A DNA stretch of 64,000 nucleotides from Convolutriloba macropyga (lineage: Eukaryota). The stretch covers positions 3,658,001 to 3,722,000 of the forward strand of contig NC_134475.1 of NCBI RefSeq assembly GCF_964194025.1, given 5' to 3'. The notes below the pieces were generated by a model. The model had not been told where the DNA came from. It searched no databases and saw only the letters and a list, made by a program, of their open reading frames with translations. This document shows positions 35,690 to 48,920 of the stretch, in pieces (within the stretch, counting starts at the first letter, position 1; each line of letters starts with the position of its first letter). Made by a program: the position numbers and the translations under genes.

Positions 35690-38185
35690 AACAGATGCCA
35701 GTTGATTCTGTCCACAAAATATTATCAAGTCAAAACACACAAACTCAATTTACTGCTCATGAGAAATTGAAGAACCAGGCACAATAACACGTTATTTACT
35801 GCTAAAATTTGCTTTCTTTTGCTTTAGTTTTGCCGATATACCAAAAAATTTTAACCTACCGCAGTTGTTGTTGAGTGCGTGCTGTGTTACTGTTTTATTC
35901 TTTTTCTTTTTGACTATAACTCTAACTGGAAGTCTAATTACACTTAAAGCAAGTCATTGCTTTGAAAAAAAGGAAAAAAACAACAACGACTGAAAAACTG
36001 CCCTCAGGACCGTTTCTGTTTTCTCCAAGGCAAGCTCAGGCTCCGAAATTTCCGAATATTTAAATCAGGACATGCAGCGTTAACAACCACATAAACTAAA
36101 TCAAATCTGTTTTGACACATCTTTTTTTAAATGCTCACGGCCTATAGTTTTACTGAAAATTAAGTGAATGCGGTGACAGCCGCTGAAACAAAAAATGTTT
36201 AACGTATAAATTTTTCGTAATTATTAGTTAAATTTCTGAAAATTCGAAAAATTTATTACATAATTTCAGCGCAATTAAACACAATAAACAGATAATTATA
36301 AAAGATTTTTGAGCAACCAATTATATTTTTTGCTTCTGCCAGCGCCAAAGCTAGATCATTTCATGGGACGAGCAAACTCTTTTTATAAGTCAACTCTTTT
36401 GCAAACTGGGAAATTTAAATGAGTTTTGGTTTGTTATTGCACATACAATCGCAGCACCGGATGAAGACTAAAGATGAATGCATTCTTGCTGTCCAGTTTA
36501 AAATACCGTGGAAAAACCAGCAAAGATTTCAATTTTTTTAAAACTTTTAACTGATGCCACCTGATACTGCCCACAAAAAAATATTAAAGCCAGACACAAC
36601 AACATTTTACTGCTCATGAGAATATGAAGAAACGGGCACAGTAGCACGTTATTTACTAGTAAATATTGTTTTCTTTTACTTTAGGTTTGCTGATTCACCG
36701 AAAAAACCTTAGTCTACCGCAGTTGTTGTTGAGTGCGTGCTGTGTAGCTGTTTTATTCTTTTTTATTTGACTGAAACTCTGATTAGAAGTCTAATTATAC
36801 TTAACGCTAGTAATTGCATTGAAAATAAACGAAGATAAAAAACAACAACGAAAATCTGCCTTCAGGACTGTTTATGTTTTTTTGCTCCAATGCAAGCTCG
36901 ATCTCCAACATCTCCGGAGTTTCAATTCACGAAATGCAGAGTTACCAACCACATAAACTAAATCAACTCTGATTTGGCTAATCGTTTCTTTAACGCTCAT
37001 TCCCCAGATTTTTACTGAAAATTAAATGAATGCGCTGACATCCGCTGAAATAAAAAAAAGTTCAGCGTATAAATTCATCAAAATTATTAGTTAATTTTCT
37101 GACATATCAAATCAAATCTTACATAATTTGAGTAAACTTGAACTCAAAAGACAGATAATTTTATAAGATTTTTGGGCAAAAAATTATTCTTTCTGCTGCT
37201 GTCAGCGCCCGCTTAACAAGATCTTTTCATGAGTCGAGCAAATTCGTATAATAGGTCATCTCTTTTGCAAACTCTGAATTTTTAAAATGATTAATTTGTT
37301 CTTGTACATATAAAAGCAACACCAGAGCAAGTCTAAACAAATTCACATCGTAGCAGTTTAGCTTAAAATACCGTTGAAATACCAGCAAAGTTTTCAAAAA
37401 TTTTTTAGGTTTTAACTGATGTCACTTGATTCAGCCCACAAAATATTATTAAAACAAGACACAACAACAATTACTGCGTATGAGAGTCAGGCCCACTAAC
37501 ACGTTATTTATTTCTAAAATTTGCTTGCTTTTACATTAGGTTTGCCGATATACCAAAAAATTTTTAACCTATCGCAGATGATGTTGAGTGCGTGCTGTGC
37601 TGCTGTTTAATTCTTTTTCCATTTGACAATAAAACTAACTGGAAGTATAATTACATTTAACGCAAGAAATTGCATTGAAAAAAAGAAAAAAAAACAAAAA
37701 CAACTGAAAAACTGCTCTCAGGACCGTTTCTATTTTCTCCAAAGAAAGCTCGGGATCCAAAATTTCCGTGGTATTAATTCAGGAAATGCAGAGTTACCAA
37801 CCACATAAACTAAATCAATTCTGTTTTGACCCGTCATTTTTGCTCACCACCCATAATTTTACTGAAAATTAAGTGAACGTGCTAACAGCCACTGAAAGAA
37901 AAAATGTTCAGCGTATAAATTTTTCATAATTATTAGTTAATTTTCTAAAAAATTCAAATCATTTATTACAAAATTTCAGCAAAATTCAACACAATAAACA
38001 GATAGTTATATAAGATTTTTGAACAACAAATTATTTTTTGCTGCTGCTAACGCCCTCCGAGCAAGATCTTTCATGGGTCGAGCAAACTCTTATTATAAGT
38101 CAGCTCTTTTTGAACTCAGAATTTTAAAATGATTTTTTTTGTTCTTGTACATACAAAAGCAGAATAGGAGCAAGACTAAACAATT
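35690..38185. repeat. Diverged tandem triplication, unit ~860 bp (third copy partial)
   Basis: Anchors TTACTGC.(C/T)ATGAGA at ~35750, 36607 and 37471. TGTTGAGTGCGTGCTGTG and ACCACATAAACTAAATCAA recur in all three copies. No long ORF. Confidence 0.88.
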
Positions 38186-39261
38186 TTGTCAAGTCTTCGA
38201 GTGATTGATACCATGTAGTTTACGTGTAATTATCTTTGTCCTATTAGCCATTATCCAAGGGTTTCAGTCGTTCTCAATTTCAAAAATGTGAATTACCAAT
38301 TTTTAAAATTAACAACGCAGTTTTTTTATTGATTAGTGACCATTCAAAATTGCAGAAAAAAGATTGAGCGCATATGCTGACTATGTTACAAGCAATAGTG
38401 AGCAAAAAATGCTTAAAAGTTTTGCATTTTTGAAATGTGCCGAATGCTCTAGTTTTTTTGTTAAAGTGCTGAAAACATGTCAGAATTGAGAAACATGTCA
38501 AAATTTTTAATGATGTAAAAAATAAAATGAGAAATGTGCAGCATTTTTGTAAGAAATGAGTTGACAGTAGCTGAAGATATTTTTATTGAGCACTTTCAGC
38601 TCGTAAAACTAAATTTCCAACACAATCATCATTTTTCTTCCATATTTTTATGACATTCAGCGCATCTCTTTCATAATTTTTGCTCACAGCCGCTCATTTC
38701 TCGACTCTTGACATGCGTAGGGTGGCGCAAATAATATACACTCAATAAACAGGTGGACAAAGGGAAAAGATGCAGGTAGTATCATTAGGGTTGTTATTTT
38801 GTTATTTTTTATTTAATTTAAATTTTTGGGTGGAGGGGTNNNNNNNNNNNNNNNNNNNNNNNNNNNNNNNNNNNNNNNNNNNNNNNNNNNNNNNNNNNNN
38901 NNNNNNNNNNNNNNNNNNNNNNNNNNNNNNNNNNNNNNNNNNNNNNNNNNNNNNNNNNNNNNNNNNNNNNNNNNNNNNNNNNNNNNNNNNNNNNNNNNNN
39001 NNTCAAGAGTTCCAAAATCCAAACGCGTTCAATTAAGCACGGGTGTCTTTACAATTGTTCATCTTTAACGTTGTAAGGAAGTCCGTGCATAATTGGATAT
39101 GAGATCTTTTCGGTCACCAGACAAGCCAGCGAATATGAGTTACTTTCTTGACAATCAATGAAGCCAGACTACAATATAACATAGATGAATTAATTAATGT
39201 AGTGTCTAACCCAGCCTGTTACTGAAACATTACATCCATAACTGAAGAAGACACTGTTCAG

Positions 39262-39295
39262 CATGAGTGGCGGAGGAACAGAAGCAAGTTTAATG
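39262..39295 (+). CDS. 34-bp micro-exon (HEWRRNRSKFN), paralogous to 56173-56206
   Basis: TTCAG|CATGAG...TAATG|GTGAGT; same length, phase and donor as the second copy. Confidence 0.55.
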
Positions 39296-39325
39296 GTGAG
39301 TTGAGGTCACTTCTATGCAATTGGA

Positions 39326-39562
39326 CCCGGGTCGAGGTGTCAGCTCCGCTTCCGCTCATTATATTGTAAATGCGTTGAATATGCTAGAATTATGGAAAAA
39401 ATGAGTTGAATACGCTGAAATGCGCCGAAATGAACTGAAATGCGCTGATTTTTCACGTTTTTCAGCTCAGATGTTCTACATAATTTTACGCTAAAATTTT
39501 TGAAAAATCAGCGCATTTCAGCGCACTTCTTACACAATTTTTAGAAATTTTCTCGACTCGGG
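39326..39562. mobile_element. Short CCC-ended MITE with 2-bp TSD GA
   Basis: GA|CCCGGGTCGAG ... CTCGACTCGGG|GA; internal GCGCTGAAAT/ATTTCAGCGC inverted motifs. Confidence 0.65.
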
Positions 39563-39569
39563 GAAAAAG

Positions 39570-40404
39570 GATCAGTTTTGTTTCGGCCACAGTGTTTTTA
39601 TGCACCCTCCCCTATTACATTTTCCCTTTGTAACGCCCCAGCTTAGCTCGTGCAGATTATTTGGTGTCTTTCCCGTTATAGCCCCCCCCAGCTTAGTGGT
39701 CAGATAGCCTATAGCCTCAATCATGGTAAATATAACATAATGGGGGCTATAATTTCATGGGGGCTATAATGGGAAAGACCCATTATTTGCACCACCCAAT
39801 AGCACGTTCAGTGTTTTCATTTTTACGCAATGATTAAGATTAAGTACTATGTAATGGCACGTGTTCTGTAATTTCGGTGTGCATGACGTACTGGGGGGGC
39901 ACAAAAGTAAAAGATCACAATGTGTATTGTTATGTATTGTTATATAGCACGGTACTGATATGTAAAAATAGCACGCTCATGACCACTGTGCTGCGGACGA
40001 AAATACTTTATATTGGGTCTATTCTGAAGCACCCCCCCCCCCTCCCATTCTTAGTAACTATACACCTTTATAAAACTTTTAGGATCTATTCTGTTTTGCC
40101 CCCTCCCCAATCTTAGTGAGCATAAATCTTTTATGACCCCCCTTCGCACATGCTATTTTCTTACATAGTAACTTGCTTTATAACAACATATAATTTGTAA
40201 CTGGGGTCATAAAAAACACTGGGGGCCGAAACAGAATAGATCCCACTTTTAACCTCCCGTAATAATCACCCATTTTGGGTCTTTCCCATTACATGACCCC
40301 CCCCCCCCCGACATTATAGCCCCCCAATTCTGGTATAATTACTATGATTGGGGGCTATAGGTTTCTGACCACTAAGCTTGGGGGGTCTATAACGGAAAAG
40401 GCCA
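39570..40404. mobile_element. Cluster of nested and adjacent GG-ended MITEs
   Basis: 39664-39781 is flanked by a perfect 8-bp duplication ATTATTTG inside another MITE. 40082-40243 is flanked by AACTTTTA/CACTTTTA, and 40277-40404 by CCATTTT. Confidence 0.7.
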
Positions 40405-41239
40405 CCATTTTTAACCCCATATAATAACGTGCCATATAACAGCACACAGTTTGTAAGAGGAGTTCCTGAAAACACGGGGATGTGAAAAAGACTAGATTTC
40501 ACTTAGTTGTACTGAGAAAGAAAGTATATTCTGCCCTCCCACCCCCCAACATCACCTAATGCACAACAAGTTATATTGATTTGAGTTGTATGTGTCTCCC
40601 AGCTTGGTTAGTCCTTATGGTCTATTATATAATGTCCCCAGACTTGGGTCTCAGAGATTTTCAGCGCTGAACTAGTACATTGCAATAATGAAAACAAAAT
40701 TCAATAATGAAAACAAAATTCAGAGAAACTTTGCATCTCTAGGATATTTTAAGTTTCTTTATGTGCATTTATTCTTTATTATGTTAAGGTCAAAGAGTTC
40801 GCCTAGACTAAACTTATCCCGTCTGAAAATTACTCATACCCCAAAATTAAGTCTGAATAACGTCATACTATTGCAGCTTATGACTGGTAGTTACTATAGT
40901 AGTATACACACTATTTATACATAAGCTAGTTTGTAGGCAATTACCACAAAGCCCATTTAGCTTAGTGGCTACGACTTGCTACGCGAATTAAATGTTGAAA
41001 GTACCCACGCGGAAGTTCACTTTGAACTGAACATATTTTTTTCGTGCAGTAAATTTTACTCAAAAACCAAAACTGGGCAGTGTGAATTTTGACATGAATA
41101 GAACACTGGACATTCTAATAAACAGAATGTCTCTAGACTGATTCATTGCTGATTTGCTCTGCCACCAACCTCCAAAACCTGTAGTGTAACCTGATGTGCA
41201 TAGCTTTACTCGTCGGGCACAAGAACGCGGGGCAAAAAT

Positions 41240-41569
41240 GGATCTATTCTGTTTCTGCCACCCAAAGTTTTTTCTGACCCCAGTTACAAATTTTGGATCA
41301 TCTCCGTTTGTGCACCCAGCTTAGTGGGCGCATATTATTTGCGCCCCCCCCCCAGACGCACGTGCAATATTTTTACATAATAATTTACTATGTAATGGCA
41401 CGTGCTCAGTAACTGGGTGCGCAAAGCGTACTGGGGGGCACAAACGGAAAAAATCTCAATTTTTATGTTATATAGCACGTTTTTATGTAAGAAAATAGCA
41501 CGTGCGCCTGGGGGTCAAAAAAGATTTATGCACATTAAGCTGTGGTGGGGGGCAAAACAGAATAGATTC
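41240..41569. mobile_element. GG-ended MITE containing a nested related MITE (41295-41456)
   Basis: Outer TIRs GGATCTATTCTGTTT / AAACAGAATAGATTC. Inner GGATCATCTCCGTTTGTGC / GCACAAACGGAAAAAATCT, flanked by CAAATTTT/CAATTTTT. Confidence 0.75.
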
Positions 41570-44490
41570 ACAAAAACTTTAGCTTCTAGAGGCATTTTGA
41601 TGCTACTATTTGAATGCAAGATCAATTAGTATCCATTGTTTCAAGAAATTTCCCTTGTTTAAATCTTAAGTATGAACTATTGTGAAATTCTCAAAAACAA
41701 ACTATAATTCGAGTTTTTTCCCTAATAGCTACAAAGTACCGCTAGAGATTAAAAAACGTAAATATATGTTGCCATTTCCTCCCAACATAAGTATGAAGAA
41801 AGCATATGCCTAAAATGAATTTGTATAAAGAGAAACACACTCTTTAGTTGTTTTAAGTTTCGAAATCAAAGTCCTTATAAAATCTCGCATAATTTTACTG
41901 TTTTGGAAATCAAAACGCTATCTATGACACCTAGTTACAATTGAAGTGCAAATTTCTGACGCCCTTTTGTTTGAAAAATGGGCTCATAATCAGTGATCAA
42001 AATGTTGGACTATTTTTTTTCCTCTGTCCCTCGTCCCCCTGTTTTCTATTCCCCCAATTAACATATAATGTTTTGATATCTAGCAGGATTCTAAATAGAA
42101 AGCGCTATTTAAGTATGGGAGCGTAAAAATTGACCTCGGGGCCGTATGCCCACTCATCTGGGTGGTTTGAAACCAAATCACCTAATTTTTTTGCAAACAG
42201 TCCTGTAAAAAAATGATTGTCCAATTTGAACCATTTGCACCCACCAGGGCTAAAAATTGGACATATAAATTTATACAACGCTTAACTGCCCAAAATTTCA
42301 ACTGTTTGTAAATTCAAAAACTCATAACAATATTCTCATCTTAGTAACTATAAAACGGATAACCCTGTCTCAATTTACCATCAATGTATCAGAAATGGGC
42401 TGTCTTTTTTGAAGGGCTAATATAAAAAAGTCATTTTTTTAAGAGAGCCACGTCTAAAAATTCAATTCTGATCACTGAAACTAAAATTGAAGCAAGACAA
42501 TTAAGCGCTTTAAACAAAGCGTTTTAATCAACACAGAACCTGTTGAAGAATGCTTTCTTCCAATCAACGGCAGAAAAATGCGAAAAATTCTCCGGTTCTC
42601 TCTCGTTAGAGCTTATGAGGCTTTTTACGTGTATCCCATTCCCCCTCTTATAATCGCGATGAGTTAAACGTTCGATTCGACGGTTTACAAAACGTTGAGT
42701 TGTTTACTGAATGAAAGGTAGTAAAAGTGCCAGATCATTTCGGCTAATAACAATACTCAAAAGAATAGACAATGAAACACATACCCCAATATTTTTGATA
42801 TATTTTTTCAGATATAACAACTGCTTCTTTTTCAAACAAAAGCTCGCGCTCTTATCTACAATAAAGCAAGTCATTGAAATGCTAAACCCATATGAGAAAA
42901 TCATTAAACGATTATTGTATAAACCTTTGCAACTGTTTTTCATATACATTGATTAGAAAATTTTGAAAATAAAAAAAGTTGCATTTTGGAGCAAGAAATT
43001 TTGAAAAACTCTATATATGTCAAATAAATCGATATATTAACCAAAACTTTATAATTTATATTTTTGTCTTCCTCGAATTTTTTTTGAATCAGACGTTGAT
43101 GCCTATTGTTTGACGAACTCTTTTACTGTTGCGTTTTGATTAGCACTTTGGCTTAACAGTTGAAAAATTAGCAGAATTTGAAGATAGTAAGATTTTATCT
43201 CTTTAGGTGACTAAGTTGCAATAAATTTCTCCCAAATTGTCGTCTGTCATTTTTTTAGTAAAAAATATTTTGTCAAATATATTGTTTTGGCAGCCAAATA
43301 CATTACTAATGAATGCTAACGAATTCTTCTATTCTGTTTTTTTTAAATCTGTTAAAAGCCAGAAACTAACCGAAAATTAATTTTTGACCGGAATTTTTGC
43401 AATTATCTACATTTTCTATGTTTTGTTTGCGAGAGGCAATTAAAGTTCCATATCCATGTGTTGGTTTTGAAAGGACAAAATTCAAATAATATTATTTTAA
43501 TGCAACATTCAATTCTTGTTTCTCTCCCCCTCGCTGGCACCCAACTGTTTAAAAGAGGAAGTGCACGTAGGGGCGTAAAAATTATATACCAACTAAGCTG
43601 GGTGGGCAGAAATATAGAAGATCCAGAAACTTTTGAAGACGAAGCCTTGGAACGAATAAACAGATTCCTGAATCAAATCCTGACGATGAAAGCCTTTTTA
43701 TGACGAAGTCGGGAAAATGGGAGAAAATTTTGTGGATCTTTCCCGTTAGAACTAGCGCCCACTTAGTGGTCAGATTGGGTATGTTCTACCTTACCTCGCC
43801 ATCTCCATTACCGTAAATATACCATAACCGGGACGGGTTAAAAATTCGATGGGTTATAAAGGATCAAGTTGTTTTATGAATGAAAGGTAGTGCAAATGAA
43901 AAAGCAATTGAGTTTATAACAATAGTTAAGTCAAACGACGAGAAAAGATATCCCTAAGGCTCTTTTTACTCCTTAAAACGTTTGACGCGGATGCAAAATA
44001 ATCATGCGTCCATCCATTGTGTATCTCATAAGTTATTATAGTCTTCTGGCAAATGTTTTTTGTTTTGCTGGTTGTCTTTTCCGTTTAAGCCAATTTTGAA
44101 TAGAAAAGAATTATCTTTTATTTTGTGAAGGAAAACTTATTACACTTGTATTCAGCTCAATTCATCCGTTTATGTCAGTGAGATTTTAGCAGACTTAAAG
44201 CTCTAGGTTTAAAAAAGTTCTAGGATGAACCCAAAAGATTCGAAATACTCCTTGTTTGCGCAACATGCACTAGTTCCATCAATTCGTCACCCCCCCCCCC
44301 CCCCCCAGCCCCACAGCTTATAGTGGGAATAATACATATTTTACGCCCACAGGCGCACGGATGTGCAGTTTTTCTCACAGACAACTCAAACATTGTAAAT
44401 TGGGGCAAAGAACACTGGAGGAGGCAAAATATTACCCAATAATTTTGCAATTCTTCCTATTTGACTTCAAATAATTGCAATTATTTTCAG

Positions 44491-44641
44491 GATTCAGCGG
44501 GAGAGTATGCCTCGTATGCGTGGGAGTCAGTGCGTGAGTGTGCGGGTGAGGCAGGGGAGCTGTTCGCAGTCTGGGGAGGAGTTCTATGGCTATACATGTT
44601 GGAAGCTGTTGTTATTTTCAGTGACCCCTGCACACTTATTG
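44491..44641 (+). CDS. Exon of an unknown membrane-protein gene
   Basis: TTATTTTCAG|GAT ... ATTG|GTGAGA; GC-rich island encoding DSAGEYASYAWESV...VWGGVLWLYMLEAVVIFSDPCTLI; phase-compatible with the 48682 exon. Confidence 0.55.
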
Positions 44642-45307
44642 GTGAGACCAAAAAAATTTGATCTTTTCTGCTAAACCACTAAACTTTGTTTTGGATCTAT
44701 TCTTTTCTCATACCCCTCCCCCCGCGCCAGTTTAGAGGGCATATACATTTTACGCACCCCTACGCGTATCATATTATTAAACTGTACTGTTCTATATAGT
44801 ACATTTTTAAGTCGGTCTTAAATAAAACACTGGGGCCGCAACATAGTAGATCACATAAATTTTTTGGGGTTTGTATTGGAATCAGAACAAAATTAACAGG
44901 TTTATTTTTGGTGGCCAGAGTTCGATTTAGAGGTTGGCGAAAAAATGTTGATATGGTCACTTTAACCGTCAGACATTAAATATTAGTTATCAGCTTTTGA
45001 TTAAAAGATAGCTGACTAACAGTGTATTGAATTTCTTAATTTCCAGCCACTTGATTGCAATTCAGCAGATTTTTTTGATAATCGCAGCTAAATCAGTGCA
45101 TTTCCTACAAAAAATCGCTGAAATCGAGCTAACACCTCAAACCGCCCACCCGTTCTTTAAAATCATTTGAACACTTTTTTTTAAAACAGTTCATCAGTTT
45201 TGAAAGAGATCTTGCAAGATAACCATTCGAACTCGACTGGGGTATAAACCTTTCTAATGAGGATATTATCAACTAAAGGTATTTTTAATTGCATGATGTA
45301 TTTCACC

Positions 45308-45801
45308 ATAATCTCCATTAGATGTTTATTCGCCTATGCGGATATCTGAAGCAGGTAGCCAATTTAAAAAATCTATAAATTCGGTGCTTATCGACTGCTC
45401 GTTCAATAAGCTAAGCACAGGCGCTTGAAACTCTATAACGTCAAATATAGTCTGTCCCATAAAGTTGAAATCAGCGAAAGTTCGAAAAACGCCAAAAACG
45501 TGCAATTGAGCATCAATGTGCTCATTTGAATATCAACGTGTTTTCCATTAAGCTTTCATTCATCAATTTTTTCTGTATGTTTCAAATTTGAACTTTGACC
45601 TTTAAACTGTAATCTGTGGCTTTTGAAACGTTCGCTTATTTCAACTTTATGGGACAGACTATATTTGACGTTATAGAGTTTCAAGCGCCTGTGCTTAGCT
45701 TATTGAACGAGCAGTCGATAAACACCGAATTTATAGCTTTGCTAAATTGGTTTCGTGCTTCAGGTATCCGCATAGGTGAATAAACATCTAATGGAGATTA
45801 T
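45308..45801. mobile_element. Fold-back MITE with ~170-bp inverted arms
   Basis: ATAATCTCCATTAGATGTTTATTC...GTCCCATAAAGTTGAAAT is mirrored by ATTTCAACTTTATGGGAC...GAATAAACATCTAATGGAGATTAT. The inner part of the arms is near-perfect; TA at both ends. Confidence 0.88.
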
Positions 45802-46849
45802 TCGAGTTCAGTTAGGCATTCTTTTTGGTCAGTTTTGAAGGTCAGTTTTTGTTCTCTTCTCTGCTTGAGGAGCATATATTTTGGTGATTTTTATGGTTGT
45901 TTCAATTTATGAAAGTATTGCCAGGAACTTTTAATATAATATTTTGTTTTTACAAATTCTTCAAATATATTTGGCTGATAAAAACGTGCCATGCTTCCTT
46001 TTTGTAAGAGCCGTCTGAGTTGAATGATGCTTTTCGAGAAGAGGATATTAGATGCTCAATCTCGTGAGACATTGTTAGTTTCCTGCTAGCCGAGAAGATG
46101 ACATTCTTCTTCTGGAAGTAACAGCAACAGCCTGGGCTCTGAATGTAATTCATACCATTTAGTTAAATAACGGATATAAAGTTTTAAGAAAATCATTTTG
46201 CAATGTTCAGACTTTGCCGCTTCTTATATGTTAAGAGTTGGATTTGAATCATCAATGTTTATCTTTTATGTTTTTTTACAAGAGGGCTACTTATCATGTA
46301 TAATATGTATTATAATTTTGTGTGATCTTTTTTTGATTAGAAACTCGGATCCAATATTTCAAAATTTTGACTGACAGGAAATGGCGAGAATCTGAGAAGC
46401 TATGTATTTCAAAATGTCCGAGGATCCACGCACTCATTTTCGATTAAGGGTGTAAATTTTGAGAGTTTCACACATTTGATTTCGTAGATGCTTAAAATGT
46501 CCTGAATCTAGATCATTCAGGCTCGATCAGTGAATCGGTATTTACTGGAAGACAAATGGTTTTCTTTTTCTCGTTATACGAAAACGAGGACACAGAAAAA
46601 AATTTTTGTTTTTGAGAGCCAGCATTTAAAAGGGCTTGAGAAAATAAACATACCAAAGTTTTGCATCTGAAACCCCTATAGTGCCAGAGATTTCATATTT
46701 TTTTCTGGTTTTTTGTTTCAACATTGGTTATATGTATTTTGAGAGCTGACTTCTGACTCAAAAACAATGACTTTTTCTAGACTTTCAAAGTGTGGTCATC
46801 ATTGAATACAAGTATTCGGTCCAGCTCTTAGTTCTCTACATAGCCGAAT

Positions 46850-48190
46850 AAGGTCGAGCACAGTCTCTACATAAGCCAGGCATGATTTTTTAATAAACAA
46901 ATTAAACTCAAGCGCAGTCTTTTCATGACCAAAGTTGGTTAAGCATGGTCCTTTCATGAAAACGGTTGAGTCGATCACGGTCTTTCCATGGAGAAAGTTG
47001 AGTAGAGCACCGTCTTTCATGAATAAAGTATATTTGAGCATAGTCTTTGCATGAACAGAATTGAAACCAGCACGGTCTTTTCATGATCAAGAAACAGTCG
47101 AGCACGGCTTTTTCATGGACAGAATTGAGTCGAGCACGGTCACTTCATGAACAGGGTACAGTCGAGCGCGGTTTTTTCATGAACTTAGTTGAGTCGTGCA
47201 CGATCTTATTTTGAACAAAGTTGAGTCGATCAGGTCTTTTCATGAACAAAGTATAGTCGAGCATGCTCTTTTCATGAACATAATTGTGTCGATCACAGTT
47301 TCTTCATGAACAGGGTAGAGTCCAGCATGGTCTTTTCAAGAACGCAGTTGAGTCGATTACGGTCTTTTTATGAGCAAAGTTGAGTCGAGCAGGGTCTTTC
47401 CATGAAGAAAATAGAGTTGAGCACGATCTCTTTATGAGCAATGTTTAGTCGAGCGGGGTGTTGTCATGAACAGAATTAAGTCCAGCATGGTCTTTTCAAG
47501 AACGCATGAGCAAAATTGAGTCGAGCACCGTCTCTTTATGAACAAATTTAGTCGAGCATGGTCTTTTCAAGAACGCAGTTCAGTCGATCACGATCTCTTT
47601 ATGAACAATGTTTAGTCGAGCGGGGTGTTGTCATGAACAGAATTGAGTCCAGCATGGTCTTTTCAAGAACGCATGAGTAAAATTGAGTCGAGCACCGACT
47701 CTTTATGAACAAATTTAGTCGAGCATGGTCTTTTCAAGAACGCAGTTCAGTCGATCACGATCTCTTTATGAACAATGTTTAGTCGAGCGGGGTGTTGTCA
47801 TGAACAGAATTGAGTCCAGCATGGTCTTTTCAAGAACGCATAAGCAAAATTGAGTCGAGCACCGTCTCTTTATGAACAAATTTAGTCGAGCATGGTCTTT
47901 TCAAGAACGCAGTTCAGTCGATCACGATCTCTTTATGAACAATGTTTAGTCGAGCGTGGTCTTGTCATGAACAGAGTTGAGTCCAGCACGGTTTTTGCAT
48001 GAACAATGTTCAGACGAGTATGGTCTTTTTATGAGCAGAGTGCAGTCGAGAAGGAGCTCAGTCGAGACAGAGTTCAGAGATCAAATGTTTTTATGAGCAA
48101 AGTTCAGTCGAGCATGATAATTTCCTGAATAATGTTAAGTTGAGGATGATTCTTCATTAAAATTGTTGAGTTGAGCATGGATTTTCTGTG
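46850..48190. repeat. ~32-bp minisatellite array with a 167-bp higher-order repeat
   Basis: Consensus approximately GAGTCGAGCACGGTCTTTTCATGAACAGAGTT. ATGTTTAGTCGAGCG recurs at 47441, 47608, 47775 and 47942 (period 167). Confidence 0.92.
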
Positions 48191-48681
48191 AGCAACACTG
48201 TCGGGTCGCTTCATGATTTTTTTGGTGCATTTTGGCAAAAGTCTAAGTTTTTTTTAATGAGAGCTTTGGGCCCATGAATGTTCATATAGAGCCCAATTGC
48301 TCTAAAACTTTATTTAATCTAAATCCGCTGCACAAGATTGGGTTCGTCGAAGGCTCAAAGCCTAAATTATCATTAAAAGGACCATTTAATCATCTAGGGT
48401 TAATCTTGGCAAATAAAGTGGTCTTCTTCGATGCGGTTTTTCGCTCGACCAATTTTTTATCGGACCCTTTTAACTTTTCGTCCTCAAAAACGTGATGAGG
48501 ACCGGAGGGCACTGAGTGGCTGAACAGCTCTCTCATAGCCTTACGCCTCACTAGTCTCAATGCAAGCGATTCACCAAAACTGTTTTGAGGAGACAATTTT
48601 ATGACGTGAAGGGTGGTTCTTAATCTTAAGAGCTTGCCGCCTGCCTCCCCTCGTTAGTCGGTTATGTTCCCCTTTTTTTAG

Positions 48682-48920
48682 TTCTTGCCTTTGCGATCTT
48701 GGTAAACATATTCGTGCGACTGCTAACTGCGAGTGTGAGAAAGGGCTACAGCTATATGAAGACATCGAAACAGTCTGAGGGAGGGGAGGCTCCCAAGATA
48801 TCCAAGATGAGCAATGCGGGAGAGAGTATGAGCATGGCATCGGAAGTGGCCTCTGAACCTGAGAGTGAACTGGACGGGGATGGGAGACCCAGGTCCGCCC
48901 CAATGACATCAGCCCAAAAT
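48682..48920 (+). CDS. Exon of an unknown membrane-protein gene
   Basis: CCTTTTTTTAG|TT ... AAT|GTAAGC. Joined to the 44491 exon it gives a continuous hydrophobic helix (TLIVLAFAILVNIFVRLL) followed by a Ser/Glu-rich segment. Confidence 0.6.

Noticed and set aside
46850-48190. CRISPR-like array (regular ~32-bp periodicity with palindromic cores)
   Set aside because: No unique spacers, monomers are contiguous and degenerate, no cas genes, eukaryotic context.
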